DNA of 52,047 nt from a virus (Duplodnaviria; Caudoviricetes): positions 1 to 52,047 of the IMG/VR virus record IMGVR_UViG_3300042475_001650; one strand, given 5' to 3'. Shown piece after piece: positions 34,530 to 45,300 of this stretch (its first letter is position 1; each line of letters starts with the position of its first letter). A model generated the notes under the pieces. That model saw nothing but the letters and a program-made list of their open reading frames with translations, was not told the DNA's origin and did no database searches. A program made the translations under genes and the position numbers.

Positions 34530-35522
34530 ATGACCCAACCCACCGTCGGCTCGTTCCACATTGACGCAGCCCTTACCAACATCTCCTTGGCGCTCCTCCA
34601 AAACCCGCAGAGCTTCGTCGCTTCGCGCGTTTTCCAGAACGTGCCGGTGCAGAAGCAGTCGGACAAATACTTCACGTTCGATCGCTCGCATTTCAACCGC
34701 AACGGCGCTAAGAAGCGCGCCGCCGGTGCTCGCGTGTCCGAGGTGGGCTACGCCCTCTCGAACGACAGCTATTTCTGCGAGGAATATGGCGTCGCGATCC
34801 CGATCCCCGATCAGGTCCGCTCTAACGCAGATCCGGCCGCAGACCCCGCTCGCGCAGCCGCCGAGCTGGCGACGCACCAGATGCTGATCCAGAAGGAAGC
34901 CGACTTCTCGTCGTCGTTCTTCTCGACCGGGCTCTGGGGAACCGACGTCACCGGCGTCGCTTCTTCGCCGTCGACCGGGCAGGTCATCCGCTGGTCGGAC
35001 ACCACCTCGGGCGACCCGATCGGCAACGTCCGCACCGGGATCGACACGATCCTCGGTTCGACCGGCATCAAGCCGAACGTGATGGTCATGGGCCGTCAAG
35101 TTTACTCGGCGCTGATCGATCACCCGGACGTGCAGGGTCGCATCAACGGCGGCGCGACCACCTCCCAGCCCTCGATCGCCTCCTTGAACCTGCTCGCGCA
35201 GATCTTCGAGGTCGACGAGGTCATGGTCGGCGAAGCGATCCAGAACACCGCAGCAGAGGGCGACACCGCCGCTCACTCGTTCATTCTGGGCAAGAAGTGC
35301 TTGCTGACCTACCGTCCGGCAGCTCCGGGCATCATGACCCCGGCCGCAGGCTACACCTTCTCGTGGGCAGGCTATCTGGGCGGCACGAACGAGTATGGCT
35401 TCGTCATCGACACCAAGCGTCGCGATGAAGAAGACACGGACGTGATCCGCGCTCGCGCGCACTACGACCACAAGCTCGTCTCCTCGGCTCTGGGCTTCTT
35501 CTGGGACGCGATCGTCGCATGA
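34530..35522 (+). CDS. Major capsid protein
   Basis: 330 aa; HIDAALTNIS, VPVQKQSDKY, KPNVMVMG, AGYTFSW. Confidence 0.9.
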   Translation: MTQPTVGSFHIDAALTNISLALLQNPQSFVASRVFQNVPVQKQSDKYFTFDRSHFNRNGAKKRAAGARVSEVGYALSNDSYFCEEYGVAIPIPDQVRSNADPAADPARAAAELATHQMLIQKEADFSSSFFSTGLWGTDVTGVASSPSTGQVIRWSDTTSGDPIGNVRTGIDTILGSTGIKPNVMVMGRQVYSALIDHPDVQGRINGGATTSQPSIASLNLLAQIFEVDEVMVGEAIQNTAAEGDTAAHSFILGKKCLLTYRPAAPGIMTPAAGYTFSWAGYLGGTNEYGFVIDTKRRDEEDTDVIRARAHYDHKLVSSALGFFWDAIVA

Positions 35523-35809
35523 TGAAAGTCGAGCAGAGATCTTTCCAGAAGTCGGACCCGCTCTTTGCGTTCCGCTCGTTCGTGGCTCACGGGCGGCGGT
35601 TCAACAGAGGCGCGGCGTTTGATTGGCAGGCCCTTGGCATTGCCGCAGAGAAGGTCGAGCTCCTATTCCGGGCGGGTAAGGTCCGCCATTACGCGCCCGG
35701 AAATCCTGAAATCGACCTCACAGACGAAGGCCTCGGCGAAAAGCTCGCCGAGGACGTTCCTGATCCCGCACCGGCTAAGAAGGCCAAAGCGAAGAAGGTG
35801 GCAGAATGA
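35519..35809 (+). CDS. Hypothetical protein
   Basis: ATGA overlaps; Lys/Pro-rich tail. Confidence 0.7.
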   Translation: MMKVEQRSFQKSDPLFAFRSFVAHGRRFNRGAAFDWQALGIAAEKVELLFRAGKVRHYAPGNPEIDLTDEGLGEKLAEDVPDPAPAKKAKAKKVAE

Positions 35810-36264
35810 CGTGGACCTACGGGGGCGCGCCCGGCACAACGACCTCGGCGACGCGGCGCGACGCCGTGCGCCTCCTCGTAGGTGACACCGACACCACCGA
35901 TCAGCAGGTCACCGACGAGGAGATCGCTTTCGCGCTCTCGCAGACGTCGGATGACATCTACAACGCAGGCGCGCTCATGTGCCGGACGATCGCCGGGAAA
36001 TACTCCCGGCTCGTCGACACCAGCATCGAGAGCGTCTCCTCCTCCTATTCCCAGCGCGCCAAGCAATACTCGGAGCTCGCCGTTCGCCTCGTAAAAGAGG
36101 GCAAGCGGCTGGGGTCCGTCGGGCTCGGCGTGCCGGTCGCGGGCGGGATGTCGATTTCGGAGATGGAAAGCGTCGAGGACGATCTCGATCGCGTCCCGTC
36201 GGCCTTCCGGGTCGACCAGTTCTCGAACCCGCCGCGCTTCGACCCCATGCTTGACGAGGACTGA
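35806..36264 (+). CDS. Head-tail connector/adaptor
   Basis: DAVRLLVGDTD, DEEI, YSQRAKQY. Confidence 0.78.
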   Translation: MTWTYGGAPGTTTSATRRDAVRLLVGDTDTTDQQVTDEEIAFALSQTSDDIYNAGALMCRTIAGKYSRLVDTSIESVSSSYSQRAKQYSELAVRLVKEGKRLGSVGLGVPVAGGMSISEMESVEDDLDRVPSAFRVDQFSNPPRFDPMLDED

Positions 36265-36269
36265 TCGCA

Positions 36270-36647
36270 ATGCCGACCGGAGCGGAGATGCAACGGGATG
36301 TCGTCGCGCTCCTCCGGGAGCACGGCTACAATCTGACTTTCCGGCGTCCGGGCAATGGCGGATCCTACAACCCGGGGACCGGCGCGGTCTCGGGCGGGTC
36401 GAACGCCGACGAGACGGCGCGCGTCGTCTTTCTCAATTACACCTCGCGCGACATCGACGGGACGCTCGTCCAGCGCGGAGACCGCAAGGCGGTGATGGCC
36501 GCGACCTATAACGGGACCGCGCTCTCGAAGACACCGCAGATCGACGACGAGCTGCGCGGAGAGGGCGACGCGGTGCGGGTCGTCTCGGTCCAGACGATCA
36601 AGAGCGGCGCGACGATCCTCGCCTATATCTGCCAAGCGAGGGAATGA
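36270..36647 (+). CDS. Head closure protein
   Basis: SYNPGTG, IDGTLVQRGDRK, Y.CQAR. Confidence 0.75.
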   Translation: MPTGAEMQRDVVALLREHGYNLTFRRPGNGGSYNPGTGAVSGGSNADETARVVFLNYTSRDIDGTLVQRGDRKAVMAATYNGTALSKTPQIDDELRGEGDAVRVVSVQTIKSGATILAYICQARE

Positions 36648-37081
36648 TGGCGAACGGGCAGATCCTTCAACAGATCACAGTCGACCTCGACAAGCTCGCC
36701 GAGAAGGCGGGCGTCACGGTCGCGCAGGCGCGCAATGAATTTGCAAACCGGCTCTCGCTTGAGGTCGTGCGGGGCACGCCGGTGAAGACCGGGAGGCTCA
36801 GAGCGTCGTGGTTTCTCTCCCCGACGCTTACCGGGTCTCCCGGCGCTTCTCCCGGCGAGGCGACAGCAGGCGCGCCCGGAGCGACGCTCGCTCGCCTCTC
36901 TGGGCAAGCCGGATCTATCGCAAACCTCGACGGCTCGATCTACCTCCTCAACGGCGCGAACTATGCGATCTTCGTCGAGGCGAAGACGCAGTTCCTCCGC
37001 AAGGTGCTGGCGCGGTCCTCGGCGATCGCCGCCGACGTCGTGACCGAGATCCGAAACATCAAGGCGACGGGGATCCCATGA
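36644..37081 (+). CDS. HK97 gp10-like protein
   Basis: TPVKTGRLRASW motif. Confidence 0.82.
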   Translation: MMANGQILQQITVDLDKLAEKAGVTVAQARNEFANRLSLEVVRGTPVKTGRLRASWFLSPTLTGSPGASPGEATAGAPGATLARLSGQAGSIANLDGSIYLLNGANYAIFVEAKTQFLRKVLARSSAIAADVVTEIRNIKATGIP

Positions 37082-37497
37082 CCGTTATGCAGGACATCCG
37101 CGCGGCGCTTGAACAGCAGATCGCAAACGTCTCGGGGATCCCGTCCTCGAGCAATCGCGCTTGGGAGAACGTCCGCTTCACGCCGACGACCAACACCGCT
37201 TGGGTCCGGATGGCGCTCGTCCCGGTGACGAGCCGCCCGGCCGTGCGCGGGCCGAGCCCGCAGATCCGGCACGACGGGAGCTTCCTCGTGACCGCGCACC
37301 TCCCAGAGGGAGCAGGACCGGCGGCAGCGGACGCTCTGGCCGACGCGATCCGCGCGGCGTTCACGGTCGACACCGGTCTAACCTCGGGCGGCGTGACCGT
37401 CCGCTTCAACTATGCCGAACGCGGGGTCGCGGTGCTCGATACGCCGTGGTATATCGTCACCGTCTCGATCTCGTGGTATACCTACACCAGCTCATAA
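37078..37497 (+). CDS. Tail terminator-like protein, copy B
   Basis: Near-identical to 341..760. Confidence 0.75.
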   Translation: MTVMQDIRAALEQQIANVSGIPSSSNRAWENVRFTPTTNTAWVRMALVPVTSRPAVRGPSPQIRHDGSFLVTAHLPEGAGPAAADALADAIRAAFTVDTGLTSGGVTVRFNYAERGVAVLDTPWYIVTVSISWYTYTSS

Positions 37498-37512
37498 TAG
37501 GAGGGCTCAGAA

Positions 37513-38424
37513 ATGGCTTTTGCACAGGGTTCCAGAACGCAGCTCGCCTATGTGGTCGAGAGCACTTACGGCACGACACCGGGCACCCCGGCAATGGTCG
37601 CGCTTCCGTTCAACACTCACTCGCTCGATCTCACCAAGACGCGCGTTCAATCGGCAGAGATCACTCCCGACCGTATGCCTCGGATCGACCGGCACGGGCA
37701 GCGCACCGTCTCGGGCGACATCGTCGTCGAGATGCGCCCGGCGGACTATGATTTCCTTCTCGAGGCTGCGCTGTTCGGCGCGTTTTCGACCAACGTCCTA
37801 AACACCGGCACGACCGTGAAGTCGTTCACCGCCGAAGACGGCGCGCTCGACATCACACAGTATCGCGCGTTCAGTGGCTGCATGGTCAACACGATGCAGA
37901 TGTCGATCGCACCGAACCAGATGACGACCGCGACCTTCGGGATCATCGGCAAGAATATGACCCAGAGCACGAGCCCGCTCGACGCGACCTTGACCGCCGC
38001 CTCGGGCAACGAGCCTTTCGACAGCTTTTCCGGCGCGATCGAAGAAGGCGGGAGCGCGATCGCCTATGTGAACGCGATTGATTTCACGCTCAACAACAAC
38101 CTGAACCCGTCCTTCGTTCTGGGCGCGACGACCACTCCTCAGATGGAGTTCGGGATGTCGACGCTCGAGGGCACGATGACCGTCTACTATCAGGACAAGG
38201 CGCTGATCGATAAGTTCCTCGGGGAGACCGAGAGCTCGCTCTCGATCGTGCTGGACGACCGCGTCGCCGGGCTGAACTACACGCTCCTCATGCCTCGGAT
38301 CAAGATCAACGGCGCGGCCGTCCCGGTGGCAAACCCGCAATCCCGGCTTATCACGATCCCGTTCGTCGCCTTGCGCGACAGCTCGACCGGGACGCAGCTC
38401 CGGATCACCCGCACGACCTCCTGA
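37513..38424 (+). CDS. Major tail tube protein, copy B
   Basis: Highly similar to 776..1681. Confidence 0.85.
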   Translation: MAFAQGSRTQLAYVVESTYGTTPGTPAMVALPFNTHSLDLTKTRVQSAEITPDRMPRIDRHGQRTVSGDIVVEMRPADYDFLLEAALFGAFSTNVLNTGTTVKSFTAEDGALDITQYRAFSGCMVNTMQMSIAPNQMTTATFGIIGKNMTQSTSPLDATLTAASGNEPFDSFSGAIEEGGSAIAYVNAIDFTLNNNLNPSFVLGATTTPQMEFGMSTLEGTMTVYYQDKALIDKFLGETESSLSIVLDDRVAGLNYTLLMPRIKINGAAVPVANPQSRLITIPFVALRDSSTGTQLRITRTTS

Positions 38425-38435
38425 TAGGGCATCGC

Positions 38436-38801
38436 ATGGACCTCTACGACCTCACCTTCCGCGACACCTACACTTATCAGATCCTGCATCCGATCACCAA
38501 GGAACCCGTCCCGCACGCGGACGGGTCTCCTCAGTGGATCGAGCTCTATGGATCCGACACCCGGCAATATCGCAACGCTCTGGCCGAGGTCGCTCGGCTC
38601 GACATCGCCGACCCGACCGAGAAGCTGATCGCGTTCCTCGGCCGGATCACGGCGCGCTGGCATATTGAAGTCGGAGGCGCGACACCGAAAATCGAGGACG
38701 CGCCCGAGATCTTCGGGAAGCTCCCGTCGTGGCTGCGCGATGATGTCTTCGCGGCGGCGTCGGACCGCGCCAATTTTTTCGGCGCAGCCTCGGGGAGCTG
38801 A
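38436..38801 (+). CDS. Tail assembly chaperone, copy B
   Basis: Slippery TTTTTTC at 38774-38780 retained. Confidence 0.85.
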   Translation: MDLYDLTFRDTYTYQILHPITKEPVPHADGSPQWIELYGSDTRQYRNALAEVARLDIADPTEKLIAFLGRITARWHIEVGGATPKIEDAPEIFGKLPSWLRDDVFAAASDRANFFGAASGS

Positions 38802-39127
38802 TCGCGCACGCCGGGGCGGTTTTTCTGCTCGCGCAGAAGGACAAGGACGGGATCACGCTGCGCGAGCATTACGAGCAGGCCGCGAAGGCGACGGGGATCC
38901 GGCCACCAGAGCTCGACGTCCCGCCCTTGCCGGAGGCGCTGACCGAGTTCTGGGGCGTTTTCTTGCGCTTGCACCGCGCTCGACAGGCCGACGCGCCAAT
39001 AGCCTTTTCCGAGGTCTTGGCGTATAGTTCGCTCACGGGGCGGATCTTCACGCCGCTCGAGGTCGACGCGATCTCCGAACTGGACGCTCTATGGCACCAA
39101 GAGAGGGCTAAGAAGTGGCAGACATAG
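38774..39127 (+). CDS. Frameshifted chaperone extension, copy B
   Basis: -1 frame open, includes ORF 38927..39127. Confidence 0.8.
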   Translation, partial: FFRRSLGELIAHAGAVFLLAQKDKDGITLREHYEQAAKATGIRPPELDVPPLPEALTEFWGVFLRLHRARQADAPIAFSEVLAYSSLTGRIFTPLEVDAISELDALWHQERAKKWQT

Positions 39128-41127
39128 TCAATCTCGGCGTCGAGGTCCAAACCAAGGGCGCGGCGCAGTCGGCCCAGCAGCTCGGGCAGTTCCAGAACGC
39201 TGCAAAGGGCGCGGCGGGCGCGGCCGACACGCTCGAGGATCAGCTCCGCGCTACGGCGAGCGCCCAGACGCAGGTCGCGAGCACCGCTCGACCCATGACA
39301 GGGGCGGTGCAGGGGCTGGGGCAGGCGTTTAGCCGCAACTCGTCGGCGATCCAGAACGCGAGCTTCCAGCTTCAAGACATCATCGTCCAGCTATCGATGG
39401 GCGTCCCGGTCACGCGCACGCTCGGGCAACAACTTCCGCAGCTTGTCGGAGGTTTTGGCCCGCTCGGGGCCGTCGTCGGCGTCGCGGCAGGCGCGTTCCT
39501 CTCGTTCTTGCCCATGCTTATGAGCACGGCGGCGGACGCGAAGACGCTGCAAGAAACGCTCGACGATCTCTCCGACACGATCGGCTCGATGCGAGACCTA
39601 TCGCAGGAGATGGCGAGCCTCGAGGGGCTGGCCGAAAAATACGGGATGATCGACGCGGAGCTGGTGAAGCTCCTCGGGCATATGCGAGATCAGCAGGCGC
39701 TCGCCGCGCAGAACCAAGCGGCCGACGCCGTCAAAGCGATCGCGGACGAATACCGGATCGCAAGCTCTGCGGTGAACATCTTCAAGATCACCGGCACCGG
39801 CGCGGCGGCAGAGCTCGCCGACGAGCTCGGGCTCACGAAGAACGCTTTTCTCGCGCTGCAAGCCGGGATCCGGGAGGCGGAGGCGGCGACGACGCTTGAG
39901 GATCAGGCGACAGCGGTCGCCAAGATCGCCGACGTGCTATCCCGCGCCACCGGCGCGAACGAGGATCTCGTCGCGTCCGCGATCGAGACCGCGCTCAAGC
40001 TGCGCGAGGCTGCAAAGGCCGGGCAGGATCTCGACAACGTCGACCTCGAGGGCGCGCTGGGCGGCGCAGCCAATCAAGCGGCGCGGATCGCTGACGAGCT
40101 CGGCCGAGCTGCGGGCAACGCTCTTTCTGCGGCCGCGAACGCCTCCGCCGCGCTTCAAGACGCGCAGATCCGGCGGCAGTTCGCCGGAGATCCGGTCGGG
40201 CAGGCGGGCGCGCTCGCGGCCGCGCAGTTCCAGAGATCCGCCGGGGCTCTGCGGGGCTCACAGGACGCGATCCTGCGCGGGCAGTTCACCAGTATGCAGG
40301 GGCAGGTCGTCGCCGACGCAGAGGCCACGGCGCGGCTCAACGCAGAGACCGCCAAGCTCAACGAGACAATGAGGGGCGGAGCGAAGACGATCAGCGACGT
40401 CGAGAGAGAGGCAGCGCGTCTCTACGAGAGCACCCGCACCGAGGCGGAACGCTACGCCGCAAAGCTCGAGAAGGTCGAGGCGCTGTTCGCGGTCGGCGCG
40501 ATCAACGGCGAAGTCTACAGCCGCGCGCTCGAGGATCTGAACGCTAAGTTCGACCCGTTCACGAAGCTGGTGGCAGGGGTCGCAGACACGATCGAAAACG
40601 AGCTCAACAGCGCCTTCGCGTCCGTCCTCAAGGGGACCGCAGATCTCGGGGACGCGCTCCTCTCCTTCGCCTCGAACGTCCTTGCCAAGGTCGCGCAGGA
40701 TCTGTTCGCGCAGCAATTCGCGGGGCCGATCGCGGAGGGCATCAAGGGGATCTTCTCGGCCAACGGAAACGTCTTCGACGCCGGAGGCGTCACAGCCTTC
40801 GCCAAGGGCGGCGTCGTCGGCGGGCCGACGGTCTTCCCGTTTGCTAACGGGATCGGGCTCATGGGCGAGGCCGGGCCGGAAGCGATCATGCCGCTCTCGC
40901 GCGGCGCAGACGGCAAGCTGGGCGTCATCGCAAGCGGAGGCGGCGCGCCGAGCATCACGATCAACAATTACAGCGGGCAAGAGGCCACCGCCTCGAGCGA
41001 CAGCGCCGGGAACATCGTGGTCGAGATCGGGCGCGCGATCGCGCAAGACATCACGTCCGGCGGGCCGAGCTATCGGGCGATCCGCACGACCTTTGGTCTC
41101 TCAAACCGCTTGCAGCAGAGGGGTTAA
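39115..41127 (+). CDS. Tape measure protein, allele B (670 aa)
   Basis: Shared termini with allele A, different middle; GTG start. Confidence 0.92.
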   Translation: MADIVNLGVEVQTKGAAQSAQQLGQFQNAAKGAAGAADTLEDQLRATASAQTQVASTARPMTGAVQGLGQAFSRNSSAIQNASFQLQDIIVQLSMGVPVTRTLGQQLPQLVGGFGPLGAVVGVAAGAFLSFLPMLMSTAADAKTLQETLDDLSDTIGSMRDLSQEMASLEGLAEKYGMIDAELVKLLGHMRDQQALAAQNQAADAVKAIADEYRIASSAVNIFKITGTGAAAELADELGLTKNAFLALQAGIREAEAATTLEDQATAVAKIADVLSRATGANEDLVASAIETALKLREAAKAGQDLDNVDLEGALGGAANQAARIADELGRAAGNALSAAANASAALQDAQIRRQFAGDPVGQAGALAAAQFQRSAGALRGSQDAILRGQFTSMQGQVVADAEATARLNAETAKLNETMRGGAKTISDVEREAARLYESTRTEAERYAAKLEKVEALFAVGAINGEVYSRALEDLNAKFDPFTKLVAGVADTIENELNSAFASVLKGTADLGDALLSFASNVLAKVAQDLFAQQFAGPIAEGIKGIFSANGNVFDAGGVTAFAKGGVVGGPTVFPFANGIGLMGEAGPEAIMPLSRGADGKLGVIASGGGAPSITINNYSGQEATASSDSAGNIVVEIGRAIAQDITSGGPSYRAIRTTFGLSNRLQQRG

Positions 41128-41130
41128 AAG

Positions 41131-41496
41131 ATGGCGATCTGGCCGGGAACACTTCCGCAATACTTCGAGGTCGGCGTGCAGGATACGCGACAGCAGGGCT
41201 TTATCCGCTCGCAGACTGACACCGGGCCTTATAAGCAGCGCAAGCGGTTCACCGCGACGGCGCGCTTCCTTTCCGGGACGATGCTGTTCACCGGCACCGA
41301 GCGCGCGACGTTCGAGACCTTCTACAAGACGACGATCTCCGAAGGGACGGACGAGTTCGATTTCATCGATCCGGCCGACTTCTCGACGATCTCGGCGCGC
41401 TTCGTGCAGCCTCCGACCCTTTCGGCCGTCGCAGGCGGGGGCACCGCCGGGACGGCGCAATGGCGCATCGACCTCGCGCTCGAGGTGCTCCCGTAA
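41131..41496 (+). CDS. Distal tail protein candidate, copy B
   Basis: Similar to 4538..4906. Confidence 0.7.
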   Translation: MAIWPGTLPQYFEVGVQDTRQQGFIRSQTDTGPYKQRKRFTATARFLSGTMLFTGTERATFETFYKTTISEGTDEFDFIDPADFSTISARFVQPPTLSAVAGGGTAGTAQWRIDLALEVLP

Positions 41497-41972
41497 TGCC
41501 GCGCACGCTCCCGACGACGGTCATCACGGCCGTCAACTCCCAGACGACGAGCCGCGCGTTTCTTGTGCTCCTCGACGTCTATCACAGCGATATCGGGACG
41601 TTCCGCTTCGTGAACAACACCGAGAACGTCACCTCCGACGGGGACACCTACACCGCATATCCCTTCTCGATCACGATCCCACCAGACGATCCGGATCTAC
41701 AGATCAGGGCGCGCCTTCGCATCTCGCACGTCACGAGCGAGCTCAATGTGCTGCGAACGGTCGCCGGGCAGCGCGAGCGCGCGACAGTCGCGATCAAGGT
41801 AATCGACGCAGCCGACCCGGACACCATCTTGCAGTCTATCTCCGGGCTGGTGATGGCCTCGGTCGCCTATAACGCGGATGTGATGGACATCGATCTGACG
41901 ATCGACAACTTTCTGACGGAGCCCTTCCCAAGTGCAACCTTCTCGCCCGCTACTTTCCCCGGCATCTTCTAA
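41496..41972 (+). CDS. DUF1833-like tail tip protein, copy B
   Basis: Similar to 4906..5382. Confidence 0.75.
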   Translation: MPRTLPTTVITAVNSQTTSRAFLVLLDVYHSDIGTFRFVNNTENVTSDGDTYTAYPFSITIPPDDPDLQIRARLRISHVTSELNVLRTVAGQRERATVAIKVIDAADPDTILQSISGLVMASVAYNADVMDIDLTIDNFLTEPFPSATFSPATFPGIF

Positions 41973-42369
41973 CTGGTGGAACGACTATGTCGGTCTCCCG
42001 TTCGAATGGAACGGCTCGACGCGCGACGGCGTGTCGTGCTGGGGGCTCGTTTGCATGGTCTACAGCGAGGTCTTCGGGATCCGGCTCCCGCGCTTCAATG
42101 AGCTCGAGGAGCAGATCGAGGGCGGCGCAGAGACCGTCGCGGACTTCGCCTCGACGGGACGCGAGATCCCGCTCGAGCAGGCGCGCTCCGGGGATGTGCT
42201 GCATATGTGGGGGGTTCACCGGGGCAAGCGGCGTCCGACCCATTGCGGGATCGTCACCGAGCCGGGTTTCGTTCTTCATGCAGAAGCAGTCGTCGGCTCG
42301 TGTATTTCGCGCTATAAGGGGGACAACCGTTTCTTGCAGCGCGTGATCGGAGCTTATCGCCTTGAATGA
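41932..42369 (+). CDS. NlpC/P60 peptidase, copy B
   Basis: SCWGLV, HCGIV. Confidence 0.88.
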   Translation: MQPSRPLLSPASSNWWNDYVGLPFEWNGSTRDGVSCWGLVCMVYSEVFGIRLPRFNELEEQIEGGAETVADFASTGREIPLEQARSGDVLHMWGVHRGKRRPTHCGIVTEPGFVLHAEAVVGSCISRYKGDNRFLQRVIGAYRLE

Positions 42370-45300
42370 TCTCACCCCATACAGAGAGAGCGCGCTCACC
42401 GAATATATCGAGGTGACGCTGGTCCTGAACCCGCTCGCGCAGGGCGACCGGCTCGTCGTGCGCGTCTCGCCTTCCGGCACGCTCGCGGAGCTGATCGAGG
42501 CGCTTGTCCCGAACGAGCTCGATCGGGATCATATCAGCGCCTTTCTTGGCGGGGATTATATCGAGCCGCAGCTCTGGTCGAAGATCCGGCCGAAGTCGGG
42601 CTCGTCGGTTTTCTTGCGGCTCGTTCCGCAAGACCCTGTCACGATCATCTCGATCCTCGCGTCCGCCGCAGCTCCGACAATTGCGGGAGCGGTCTTGGGA
42701 GCCGGCGCGTCGGCCTTCGCTTTGGCGGTCGCTGGGGCCGCGATCTCGATCGCGATCACCTACGCCGCATCAGCTCTATTCGGGCCGCGCCAAAGCCAAA
42801 ACCGCGCCGAGAGCCCGACCTATGCGATCTCCGCAGCGCGCAATAATATTGCGCCGTTCGCGCCGGTCCCGGTCGTGCTCGGCACGCATAAAATGGTCCC
42901 GCCTTATGGCGCGACGCCTTACACCGAGGTCGCAGCCAATAACCAATATCTGCGCTTCGTCGTGATCTGGGGCTACGGGCCGGTCTCAGTTTCGCAGATC
43001 AAGATCGGCAACACTCCGATCGCGGATTATGAGGACGTCGAAACCGAGCACGATTTCGATGGCTCGGCCACCGAACTCGATCTTTATCCGGCGGATGCTT
43101 CGCAAGAGGACCTGTCTCTCCTCCTGACGACCACTTACGACGAGCGCCGCACCGCAGCTAATACGACAGAGATAGGGGTGACGATCACATTCCCCTCCGG
43201 CCTTTGCTCGTTCAACAAAAAGGGCGCGCGGGTCAACGCCTCGGCGACGATCAAGGGGCAGTATAAGCTCGCAAGCTCCGGGACTTGGACCGATTGGTTC
43301 GAGACCACCTATACAGACGACACCGCGCAGCCGAAGCGCGTGGCAAAGCGCGTTCGCGGGCTCACTCAGGGGGAGTATGATGTCCGGATCAAGCGGACAT
43401 CGGCAGAGCAGGGACTGACCAACGCCAAGATCGTCGACCGCGCCTTCTGGACAGATCTCAGCTCGTTCAACACTCGGGCGGAGCCGGTGAAGCTTTCGGG
43501 CATTGCGAAAAGCGCGTTCCGGATCAAGGCGACCGACCAGCTTAACGGCGTCGTCGATCAGCTCAACGCGGTCGTCTCGCTAAAGATCCCGACGTGGAAC
43601 GGTTCGGCGTGGACGACCGCGACGAGCGTGACCTCGAACCCGGCCGCGATCTTCCGCTATGTCCTCAAGGGCGCGCCGAACAAGAAGCCCGTCGCGGCCG
43701 CGAACGTCAACGACGCTGATCTTGGCGCGTGGTATGAGTTCTGCTCGACGAACGGGCTGGCCTTCGATCAGGTCATCGACTTCCAGCTCTCTGTCCGAGA
43801 TCTCTTGCAGGATGTGGCGAACGCAGGGAAGGCGAGCCCGGCCTATGTCGACGACAAATGGACGGTCATCATCGAGAAGCCGCGAACGACCGTCGTCCAG
43901 CACTTCACGCCGCGCAACACTCGCAATTTCTCCGGGCGGATCATCTACAACGAGATCCCGGACGCGCTGCGGATCCGGTTCTTCAACAAGGATCGGGGCT
44001 ATCGGGAGGACGAGCGCGTCGTCTATGACGACGGGTTCAATGCGAACAACGCGACGACCTTTCAGGTGATCGATCTTCCCGGGCAGACAGACCCGGACAA
44101 CGTCTACAAGCTCGGGCGGCACTATATCGCCTCGGCACGCCTCCGGCCGGAGATCTTCACGTTTGAGGTGGACATCGAGCACCTCGTCGCGCTGCGCGGC
44201 GACTTGTGCAGGCTCACGCATGACGTGCCGGGGATCGGGCAGATGTCCGGGCGCGTCGTCTCTCGCTCGACGAACACGATCGTCCTCGACGAGCCGGTGA
44301 CGCGGGAGGCGGGGAAGACCTACACGCTGCGCGTCCGGGAGACGACCACCGGAGACACGCTCGCGCTCACGGTCGCCGCATCCTCGACCACCGACACGAG
44401 CTCGACCGTCGTCGTGACGAGCGGGGGGACGTCGGTCAACCCCGGGGATCTCTATCAGTTCGGCGAGCAGAACATCGAGAGCCTCGAGGTCATCATCTCG
44501 GCGATCGAATATATCGATGATCTCGGCGCGCAAGTCACCTGCGTGCCCTACTCTCCCGAGATCTACAACTCGGCCACCTCGATCCCCGTCTATACGACCG
44601 TGCTTTCGGAGCCGATCTCGACGTCGTTTGTCGGACCACCCCGGCCGTCTATCAAGAGTATCGTATCGGACGCGCGCGCCTTGCAGGTCACCTCGAGCGG
44701 CGCGGTCGTCCCGTCGATCTATCTTTATGTGCAGGCAGGAAAGACGGCAAAGAGCAACGACGGCACCGTCACGCGCACCGAGTTTTTCCAAGCGCGCTTT
44801 CGCAGATCGGGCTCGGATGATCCGTTCACCTATATGCCATATAGCCCGATCGATAGCCCTTATGTTCCGCTCTTTCCGGTCGAGAGCAATATCGACTATG
44901 ACCTCGGCGTGCGCGCTATCGGCCCAGATCAATCGTCGACGAGCGCCTTCGTAAACGTCGCGAACCACCAAGTCATCGGGGCATCGGCAAAACCTCCGGC
45001 CGTCGACACCTTCACGATCAACACGATCGGGGAGCATACCTATGTCCAGTGGACCTATCCCTCAATCCCGGTCGACGTGATCGGTTACGAGATCCGCTAC
45101 TCTGCGGATCAAGACAATACAAACTGGTCGACGATGACCACGATCTCGAACAGTATCCCGAGAGAGACGCGCTCGTTCACGGTCCCGAGCCGCTCGGGAT
45201 CCTACGCGATCAAGGCGATCGACGTCCTGCAAAACAGATCGAGCGCCGCAAAGTATATCAACGCTTCTCTCGAGGATCCGGCCGCGCAAAACGTGATCGA

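Noticed and set aside
16906-45037. Long alternative ORFs such as 16906..18369+, 27262..28362-, 34236..35471-, 43580..45037-
   Set aside because: Antisense shadows of clear genes in high-GC DNA, with no recognisable motifs
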